In this document: piece by piece, positions 56,496 through 64,000 of the stretch
How the letters are laid out: every line of letters begins with the position of its first letter
Position numbering within the stretch: the first letter of the stretch is position 1
Source: a virus
IMG/VR virus record: IMGVR_UViG_3300042465_004839
Coordinates: 9,170-73,169 of that record
Reading direction: 5' to 3' (one strand)
Length of the DNA: 64,000 nucleotides
Program-made: the position numbers and the translations under genes
Notes under the pieces: generated by a model
Seen by the model: the letters and a program-made list of their open reading frames with translations, nothing else
What the model was told of the DNA's origin: nothing
The model's database searches: none

Positions 56496-57533
56496 ATGAC
56501 AATTTTAAGACAAACGATAATTTTAAATACATTAGCAGACAATGCTGCTGATGCATTTGTAGATGCTAGTGGCAATTTACAAATAACAGGTGCAGCTTAT
56601 GGCGCACCTAAAGCAACTTCTTGTTCATTAACAAGACAAAATGCAGTTTCAGAAACATTAGGTGTTGTTACTACTACTTTTACAGCAGTAAGTGGCGCAA
56701 CTTATGTATTGAAAGTATTTGGTGGTAACGCAATTCAAGGTGGTTACAACCCATCAGTTAAGACTTACACTTATACTGCTACTTCAACTGACACAGCAAC
56801 AACTATTGGTGATGTATTCAGAGCATTTATTAATGCTGATGTAAACATTTTAAACATAGTTGCTACTGGTACTACTACTTTAATTTGTACTGCTAAAACA
56901 GGTTTTGCAGAAATATTCTGTACAACTACTACAGCTAATACTGTTATTGTACAGACTACCGCAGGTGTACCAAGTATAGGTCAAGGAACAGTATTAGCTA
57001 CTGATCCAAGTTTTTTAACAAGTTCTACTTACGGTACATTTACCGCAGGTGCTACTTACACACGTTGGACTATTAGTTGGTCAACTCCTAACACAAAAGC
57101 TGCTCCTTCAAGCAATTCAATTGCTAACAACGAGTATGTGTTGTTTATTAACAATGTTCCTACAAGTAATGGAGCTGCTAATTTAGCTGCTGTTAATTTA
57201 GCTGCTATTCAGAATACTTCTTACGGTACTTTAACTTTACTACAAGCAGGTTACAGAGCAATTGTTACAACAGCCACTCCTACAATTGGTATTGCAAGTA
57301 ATATTGCTACACTAGGAGGAAGTGGTAACAGCGTAATTACAGCAGGGATAATGCCAAATGACTGGGTTGTTGCTGATCCAATTATTGCAGGTACAGCTTC
57401 GGCAGGTCAAGTTTTAGCATTAGGTGCTGGAGCAACTGCAGGAACATGGTCAGCAACTTTGTTTTATGTAAGTGCAGGTTCTGCTACTGGTAAAACTTTT
57501 ACATTAGTACAAGTTCGTAACTTACCTCGTTAA
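56496..57533 (+). CDS. auxiliary capsid / decoration protein
   Basis: T/A/G-rich beta protein directly after MCP. Confidence 0.55.
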   Translation: MTILRQTIILNTLADNAADAFVDASGNLQITGAAYGAPKATSCSLTRQNAVSETLGVVTTTFTAVSGATYVLKVFGGNAIQGGYNPSVKTYTYTATSTDTATTIGDVFRAFINADVNILNIVATGTTTLICTAKTGFAEIFCTTTTANTVIVQTTAGVPSIGQGTVLATDPSFLTSSTYGTFTAGATYTRWTISWSTPNTKAAPSSNSIANNEYVLFINNVPTSNGAANLAAVNLAAIQNTSYGTLTLLQAGYRAIVTTATPTIGIASNIATLGGSGNSVITAGIMPNDWVVADPIIAGTASAGQVLALGAGATAGTWSATLFYVSAGSATGKTFTLVQVRNLPR

Positions 57534-57549
57534 TTAATAATTAAACAAA

Positions 57550-57729
57550 ATGGCTAATACGGTAACATTCCCAGCAACACCTAATACAGAGAAAGATTAC
57601 TATGTAACAAGAAAAGAGTTACAAGCAATTTTAGCTACATTAGTTTTAACGATTCCTGTAACAGGAGCAATTGGTGACTTACAAACAAGTCCAACAAATG
57701 CAACTCCGGTTTATAGAAGAGATTCTTAA
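57550..57729 (+). CDS. 59-aa small virion-operon protein (not in ORF track)
   Basis: MANTVTFPATPNTEKDYYVTRKELQAIL...RRDS*. Confidence 0.6.
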   Translation: MANTVTFPATPNTEKDYYVTRKELQAILATLVLTIPVTGAIGDLQTSPTNATPVYRRDS

Positions 57730-57782
57730 ACCATAAAAACATACATTATTTGTTTCCATGCTTGTAATGTTTGTTTTCTTCC

Positions 57783-57819
57783 AACACAAAGACCTCCGAT
57801 AAGGGGGTTTTTGTGTTTT
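57783..57819 (+). terminator. terminator of the capsid operon
   Basis: AACACAAAGACCTCC GATAA GGGGGTTTTTGTGTT. Confidence 0.75.
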
Positions 57820-57882
57820 ATAGCGTATTGCGATATGCGATAAATTAATTAAAATATTAATAAAAATAATTACTTTTGTAAA

Positions 57883-58071
57883 ATGGAAGAACAATTAAAT
57901 ACAGAAAAAGACGTAGAAAAAGAAAAATCAGATGCGTTTTTCAGAGCAGCTCACTTTAGATACTGGTACGGAGTAAAAGAAGAAGAAGAAGAAGAAGAAG
58001 AAGGATGTTGCAGTTTCTTTCATGAGCATGAAATTATTAACCCAAAAGAACTTTTTAATCATAACAATTAA
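57883..58071 (+). CDS. small acidic protein with poly-Glu tract
   Basis: ATG 4 nt after TACTTTTG; (GAA)8 at 57979-58002. Confidence 0.5.
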   Translation: MEEQLNTEKDVEKEKSDAFFRAAHFRYWYGVKEEEEEEEEGCCSFFHEHEIINPKELFNHNN

Positions 58072-58091
58072 AATTTGGTTATCTTTGCTGT

Positions 58092-61000
58092 ATGCAATCA
58101 AGCCAATTAAACGACCTATCAAAGGGTCTTAACAGAGATACAGACTACGCTTCAATGCCAGATAATTACTATCCGTATGCTTCTGACTTAGAACAAGTTA
58201 GTGATGATGAATTTTCTTCAAACATTAAAAGCAGTAAATTAGGAACACTTCAAATAACAAAAGTACCTAATGCAACTACTCAAACAAAAATGTTTAGGGT
58301 AAGAACTTACGCAGATTTTAATCAAGCAGCAAATGGACAGTATTACTTATCTCAAGTATTTATTTTTAGAGATGCTAATGGAGTTCAGCAAAATTATATA
58401 TCAATAACAAATTCTAGCCCAACAGTTAACAATACAGATTTTGCTACAGCACTACAGACAGCAATAGGATCAGGAGCAACAGTTCCTCCTCCGCCTGCTC
58501 CTGATAGTATTTATAAATTATATACCACAATAGAATTTGCATTAGGTACTTTTTCTAATATTGTAAGCATAGACCAAATAGTAACTATTAATTCAGTAGC
58601 AGGAACACAGACAAATACTCTTACAGTTTTAAGAGATTATATAGCTACTGAAACAGAATTAGAACCATTAGCATACGTTAATAGCCAAAATTTAGGGTTT
58701 ATATTAAGTGTAAGCGCAGATAATACTATTACGGAACTTGGTGTAGTAGATGAAGATAATAATTGGACTTACACAAGATTACTAAGAACAAAAAACTTTA
58801 TACTTAGCAAAACACAACCTATTAAATTTATAGTAGAACAACAAAACGATGGTGTGTATGCCTTATACTTTACCGACAACACTATTAAAGACAAATGTAT
58901 TTACGTTCCGCAATCATTAACTCAAGACTGTTGTTTAACATACAGCCCTACAAACATTCAAGTAGCAGGAAAAGGAATTTATAATTTAGTAAAAACCGAT
59001 GCACAAACTAACAGCCAATTAATAAATAATATTGGTTATGTCACTTACAAAAATACGCTACAAAGCGGTGGTGGATTGCTTACAGGAGGGAAAAGATATG
59101 CGTGCAGGTTTGGAATAAATGGATCTAACATAACTACTCAATGGAGTATATTAAGCAATATTGTTCCCGTAATTCAAGCAAGTGCCGATAGCGGACTTGC
59201 TTGGGTAAGTACACAAGGAACGCCTAATGGTACTGCTACAAGCAAACAAAATATCATTACAGTTAATAACGCACAAGCTGATGTATTCAACTTTGTGGAG
59301 TTAGCAGTTGTAAACTATACTGCCGAAAACGCAAGTAGTGCTGAGTTAGTTGGAAGGTATGATGTGTTAGGAGAAAGTTTTGACATTATTCATAGTGGGC
59401 TTGAACTAACAACATTATTAGATGTAGTAAGTCTTATAGAGGCAGAGCCTGTAATTCTTAAAGTTAAGGACATTGAAACTAAAAAGAATAGAATAAACAG
59501 AGCAAATATTGTTACTGCTAACGAAGATGCTAAGTGGCAAACAATAGCTGAGAATGCTATTGTTACTACTCAAAGATTTGAAGTACAAAACACAGGTGCT
59601 TTGCCGACAGATACAGGAAACCAAAGGTTTAATGGCAATTTACTATATAGCACAACATCTCCTTTATATGCAACTTCAACAAATACTAAACAAGTATTGC
59701 CATTAAATTCAATACCAATACCGACAGTAACTCCATCTCCCTATGTTTCTGCAACAGGTACTTATACTGTAACATCTAGTGATGCGCCTAATATGCAGTT
59801 TAATCTTACAGCATATGGCACAGTAACTGGATTGGGTGCTTATGTATTTAATTCTTTAAGTGGTGAAACAAAAGATTTAGGTGCTTCTGCTTTTAATATG
59901 TATTTTGTCGTAGAAAAAGCAGGTGTAGAAGTTGGAGCAATTTTAATGGGAAGTAGAAGTGATATCCCTTCAAGAGCATCTGATTATATTATTAATGTAA
60001 ATCAAGTTGTTAGTGTATTTGTTTCGGCAGGAGATATACTTACCTTTAAAGTACAATTATTTGCAACAAATGGAGGTATAACTTCATTTAATACGAGTCA
60101 AGATGGAATAAATTTAAGAATAAACTCAACTTTATCACAAAATGCAATTCAATTCAAAGGAACACAAGTAGGCGAATATCAAATACCATATAATGTAGCT
60201 AACAAAGCAGGTTATATGCTATATGAGTATTACATGACTTATGTTAGATTTCACTTAAAGAATGGTTATACAACAGCCCCATACCCTTTAGGAAAGTACT
60301 ACATAGACAATGCTAATTACAAAAGAGGGTTAGTACAGATACTTCCAATAGACCCTAAAACTCCATTTACCGATTTTAGTGGAATAACAGCAAGTAGAAA
60401 AGTATATAACTATGCTTTAAGTGTGGCTAATTTAGACCTTACTTATGTTAAAGACGAATTATTAGGAGTAAGCTTTGAAAGAAGTGACCCTTTGAATACA
60501 GTTATTGGAAGTGGTATTTACCACAATGCAAGAGTAATAGATGGCGATACTTATACTTCTGGAATAGGCACAGGAACTGTTCTTTCAATTGCAGATAACA
60601 GAAGAAAGTTTGGAATATTTATTAGTAACGATTTAGACAGCCAAACTATCAAGTACAGTAAAGGTGATTACCTTAAACTTTCAGGAATACCTTTAGATTA
60701 TGGATATAATCCAAATTATAAAAGTGGTATTGATAAAATAGGAGTTGTAACAGAATTATTAGGAAGTGTTTATACTGATACTTCTAATACAATGATACAG
60801 TCTAATTGGGATATTGAAGATAGTACAAGTGTGGACTTTAATTCAGTAGGAGATATTATTTATAATACCTTTTCAGATTTGTATTACAAACCTAGTACAA
60901 GTACTTTAAACAATTCCTATGCTAATTCTAAAGGAGTAGGAGTAGCAACAAAAGGCTTTGTAAGAACTAATGGAGGTATAAAAGATGGAATAAATACTTA

Positions 61001-62684
61001 TGTAGCATTTTATATTAGACCTATTGATTTAAGCACAATAGATTACAAGAATTATAGACCAATTCCAACAGGAGAAATAGTAAAGATTACTTCATCAACT
61101 CCAGCTGTATTACCTGCTACTACAGTATATGGCGGAGATACTTATACTCAAAAAGTAATAAGAAAAGAAGCTGACTGGTATATCCGACCGGATGATTCTA
61201 AAATAATAAGTACTATGATTACGTTTTATGCACAAAACAGATTAAATAGTCAATTGTTTTATACAGACACCACAGCACCAAAAGGAACTTGGAACTTACA
61301 AGGCAGTAAAAGCTTGTACCAATACTTATTTCCATTTGCAACTTCAAGTGAAATAGTTGATGAACAACATAACTTTGACAAGTCTTACATAGGCGCAAAT
61401 CAAATAAATAGAATTAGCCCTTACAACCCAAAACTACCATACCCTACGAATAATCCAACAAGGATATACTACTCTGACGAGAAAGCAGTAGGTAGCCTCT
61501 ACGATGCTTACAGAAAGGTAAAACCATTAAATTATGTTGACTTAGAACTTCAGAACGGTGCTATTACAGCAATATTTGACATAAGAGATGTAATGGTAGT
61601 TATTCAACCAAACTTTGTAGGAGCAATTCCTTACGCTGCCGACACTATGATTCAAAGTGATAATACTGCTAAGATATTAGTTGGAAGTGGTGGAGTGTAT
61701 AGTAATAGAGTTTATCCACTATCAAGTTTTGGAACAGAATTAAAAACAGCAACCTTAAAGGGGTACAACATTAACGGGAACCCTCAAGTGTACTGGCTAA
61801 GTAAAGACTTTACTAACATTAATCGTTACGATTATAGTGGGGTAAAGATACTTACAGATCAGAATAGTATGAGAACATTTATTAAAAACAATGTAGCGCA
61901 TATTAAGAATGAGTTTGATGTAAATCTATACTACGATGTTAATAAAAGTGACGTAACAGTAACTGCAAGAGCAAGTAAAATATTCCCTAATTGGATAAGT
62001 AATTATCCCTATGTAGTAGGTGACACAGTATCATTTGGAGCAGAAGGATATTATCCAGAAGGAGATTTTGAGAAAATTAATGCAACTTATGTGTGTAAAA
62101 ACAATGTTACAAGTACAGTTAATCCATTTTTAGATTCAACACTAAGTACAAGTAATTGGACACTAAAAGAATTTACAGATACTGCTTACTACAACCACTG
62201 GAGTTTAATCTTTAATGAGGTTGATAATATGTTCTTAACTTTCTTGAGTGCATTACAAAAAAGATACTTTACCCATAACAAACGAATATTTTCACCAAGA
62301 GGAATAAGTGAGTTTGGTAGAATATATGAGATAAACGTGGGTGAGCCATTAAAGTTTTTTGAACAGAATGGAACTTGGAAGCAAGGACAGTTTTGTTTAG
62401 ATGTTCTTATCAATAAAGGAGGAGCTTTTAAAAGATTCTTAACACTAACTCTTGAGAATGGTAGCTATGCTATAATAGATGCCGATGTAACTGCTGAAAC
62501 AGATACTAATTTTAGTACTTGTACGGAACACGAAACAAGAGCAAATATTACTTACTACCCTGTACAGCCTGACTTTAACAATGAATTATTTGGAACGTAC
62601 TTATTAGTAAAAATTAGGAGTTACAACTTAGTAAAAATAAGAAGTGTTAGTGGAATATTTAATAATATTAACCTAAGAAGATAA
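58092..62684 (+). CDS. tail stabilization / muzzle (nozzle) protein, P22 gp10- / crAss muzzle-like
   Basis: KGLNRDTD N-terminus, YGGDTY, RIYYSDEK...NYVDL..QNGAIT. Confidence 0.8.
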   Translation: MQSSQLNDLSKGLNRDTDYASMPDNYYPYASDLEQVSDDEFSSNIKSSKLGTLQITKVPNATTQTKMFRVRTYADFNQAANGQYYLSQVFIFRDANGVQQNYISITNSSPTVNNTDFATALQTAIGSGATVPPPPAPDSIYKLYTTIEFALGTFSNIVSIDQIVTINSVAGTQTNTLTVLRDYIATETELEPLAYVNSQNLGFILSVSADNTITELGVVDEDNNWTYTRLLRTKNFILSKTQPIKFIVEQQNDGVYALYFTDNTIKDKCIYVPQSLTQDCCLTYSPTNIQVAGKGIYNLVKTDAQTNSQLINNIGYVTYKNTLQSGGGLLTGGKRYACRFGINGSNITTQWSILSNIVPVIQASADSGLAWVSTQGTPNGTATSKQNIITVNNAQADVFNFVELAVVNYTAENASSAELVGRYDVLGESFDIIHSGLELTTLLDVVSLIEAEPVILKVKDIETKKNRINRANIVTANEDAKWQTIAENAIVTTQRFEVQNTGALPTDTGNQRFNGNLLYSTTSPLYATSTNTKQVLPLNSIPIPTVTPSPYVSATGTYTVTSSDAPNMQFNLTAYGTVTGLGAYVFNSLSGETKDLGASAFNMYFVVEKAGVEVGAILMGSRSDIPSRASDYIINVNQVVSVFVSAGDILTFKVQLFATNGGITSFNTSQDGINLRINSTLSQNAIQFKGTQVGEYQIPYNVANKAGYMLYEYYMTYVRFHLKNGYTTAPYPLGKYYIDNANYKRGLVQILPIDPKTPFTDFSGITASRKVYNYALSVANLDLTYVKDELLGVSFERSDPLNTVIGSGIYHNARVIDGDTYTSGIGTGTVLSIADNRRKFGIFISNDLDSQTIKYSKGDYLKLSGIPLDYGYNPNYKSGIDKIGVVTELLGSVYTDTSNTMIQSNWDIEDSTSVDFNSVGDIIYNTFSDLYYKPSTSTLNNSYANSKGVGVATKGFVRTNGGIKDGINTYVAFYIRPIDLSTIDYKNYRPIPTGEIVKITSSTPAVLPATTVYGGDTYTQKVIRKEADWYIRPDDSKIISTMITFYAQNRLNSQLFYTDTTAPKGTWNLQGSKSLYQYLFPFATSSEIVDEQHNFDKSYIGANQINRISPYNPKLPYPTNNPTRIYYSDEKAVGSLYDAYRKVKPLNYVDLELQNGAITAIFDIRDVMVVIQPNFVGAIPYAADTMIQSDNTAKILVGSGGVYSNRVYPLSSFGTELKTATLKGYNINGNPQVYWLSKDFTNINRYDYSGVKILTDQNSMRTFIKNNVAHIKNEFDVNLYYDVNKSDVTVTARASKIFPNWISNYPYVVGDTVSFGAEGYYPEGDFEKINATYVCKNNVTSTVNPFLDSTLSTSNWTLKEFTDTAYYNHWSLIFNEVDNMFLTFLSALQKRYFTHNKRIFSPRGISEFGRIYEINVGEPLKFFEQNGTWKQGQFCLDVLINKGGAFKRFLTLTLENGSYAIIDADVTAETDTNFSTCTEHETRANITYYPVQPDFNNELFGTYLLVKIRSYNLVKIRSVSGIFNNINLRR

Positions 62685-62742
62685 TAATTTTGTTTTAATC
62701 AGAAAAAAAATGCAAATTTGTAGTATTAAATAATTTATAAAA

Positions 62743-63126
62743 ATGGCAGCACCAACTAAAGTAGCAGATATAAAAAAGAACTTTAATGCTTCAGCACTTG
62801 TTAATAACAATGAGCCAGCTTTAATAGCAACAACTCAAGAGGGTTTAATGAATAAAGTAAGTTCTGAAAACTTAGACAAAATAAGTGGTAGTGGAGGATT
62901 TAAATATATTCCTACAACAACTGCTCAAACAGGATTATTATATAAAGGTATTGTAATTAATGCTGATGCCGTAATTTCTGCTGTAAGCATTGATGGGGTA
63001 GATTCTTTATCAGCTTTAGGACTAAGTGGTGTAACTATTAGTGCAGGTATGTACTTACCTGCTCCTTTAGGATCTGTGTTTACAGCAGTTACTTTAACAA
63101 GTGGTACAGCAATAGGATATAACTAA
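62743..63126 (+). CDS. small structural protein
   Basis: C-terminal FTAVTLTSGTAIGY beta motif; precedes spike/fibre gene. Confidence 0.65.
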   Translation: MAAPTKVADIKKNFNASALVNNNEPALIATTQEGLMNKVSSENLDKISGSGGFKYIPTTTAQTGLLYKGIVINADAVISAVSIDGVDSLSALGLSGVTISAGMYLPAPLGSVFTAVTLTSGTAIGYN

Positions 63127-64000
63127 TGTTAGGTATTGGATTAGGTTTAGGAGTCAATAATGTAAAGACAGCGATATCTAGTTACCTTGCAGGAGCAATG
63201 GTATGGGGATTTAGGTCTAAATTTAAGTGGAGTCAAACTTCTACTGATATATGGGGATTTGCTAATCCTAATGATATAGACCCTGAATCTCAGGTAGTCT
63301 ATGATAGAATTATTGCTGACGGTGGTGTGTCTAATTTGATTCGCCTAAATTATTTTGTAGTTGGTTTAAAAACTATATACGGTTCACTTACTAACGTGCC
63401 TGTGTGTTACGATGCTCATTGGATTGGTTATAAATTAGGTTCAGGAACAGGCGCAACAGCAGGACAAGCAGCAGCGAAATTGTATAGTCTTAAAAGTACC
63501 GAAAATTTATTACTTCAATCTGAAGTTTTTGACAATGCATATTGGAATAAAACAAATGTATTAGTAACGCCAAATATTTTGAATGACCCAAATGGTAATT
63601 TAACTGCTGATTTGGTTGCAAATACAGTTGCAGGTGGTTATATTAATAATACAAATATTGTCGGAAGCACAGGGTCGGTTTATACTTTTTCTTTTTATAT
63701 AAAAAATAACGATTCAACTGCCAGTTTAGTTTTATTAAGAACATCATTATCTGCATTGCAATCAACTATAAATTGGAGTGGAAATACTATAACAAGCGTA
63801 ACAAATAGTATTGGAAGTATAAATTTTGTTTCTGTTGGTAATGATTGGTATAGAATTACAGGAACTTACACAGCATTAGAAAGTAATCAGCAATTAAGAA
63901 TTTATCCTCAATCAGGTGTAACTATAAGCGGTATTTACGTTTGGGGTGCTCAATTTAATACAGGTTCAGTAGCATTACCTTACACACAAACAACAACTAC
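63126..64000 (+). CDS. head spike / fibre protein (3' truncated by window edge; not in ORF track)
   Basis: MLGIGLGLG start; NLLLQSEVFDNAYW...PNGNLTAD...GNDWYRI...VWGAQ...PY. Confidence 0.7.
   Translation, partial: MLGIGLGLGVNNVKTAISSYLAGAMVWGFRSKFKWSQTSTDIWGFANPNDIDPESQVVYDRIIADGGVSNLIRLNYFVVGLKTIYGSLTNVPVCYDAHWIGYKLGSGTGATAGQAAAKLYSLKSTENLLLQSEVFDNAYWNKTNVLVTPNILNDPNGNLTADLVANTVAGGYINNTNIVGSTGSVYTFSFYIKNNDSTASLVLLRTSLSALQSTINWSGNTITSVTNSIGSINFVSVGNDWYRITGTYTALESNQQLRIYPQSGVTISGIYVWGAQFNTGSVALPYTQTTT

Noticed and set aside
1-64000. Stop-codon reassignment
   Set aside because: Long ORFs are intact in code 11, TAG is used as a true stop (e.g. 1883, 11394, 43820) and no suppressor tRNA is seen
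50891-64000. Diversity-generating retroelement or invertible tail-fibre cassette
   Set aside because: No reverse transcriptase, no TR/VR pair and no repeated fibre ends visible in the window

Overview
AT-rich dsDNA tailed-phage genome segment. TAnnTTTG promoters and A-rich, SD-less starts point to a Bacteroidota (Flavobacteriia-like) host, and the terminase, portal, ring and muzzle proteins resemble those of the crAss-like / Cellulophaga podovirus-type supergroup. Layout: (1) 1-2.4 kb (+) DNA-metabolism genes; (2) 2.4-9.6 kb (-) a dense array of small, probably early genes, most preceded by an AAAAACACA leader motif; (3) 10-16 kb HTH regulator, GIY-YIG nuclease, a cluster of tRNA-like RNAs, phosphoesterase and metallopeptidase; (4) 16.3-24.3 kb (+) replication initiator, helicase, HNH endonucleases, a multi-TRD C5 methyltransferase and a serine recombinase; (5) 25-41 kb (+) putative ejected/cargo proteins, including a 3079-aa polyvalent protein, with a ferritin cassette inserted; (6) 41-64 kb head/tail morphogenesis genes on both strands. 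Best leads: the giant cargo protein, which carries its own HExxH protease and repeated Q[FY]SxGx linkers between effector modules and whose only Cys sits at the C-terminus facing an N-terminal Cys in the next cargo protein; two sequence-unrelated leader RNAs with the same hairpin-loop/terminator-loop complementarity; about 12 apparently leaderless genes; and a tRNA-mimic/pseudoknot RNA cluster. All calls come from manual motif reading; no database search was run.
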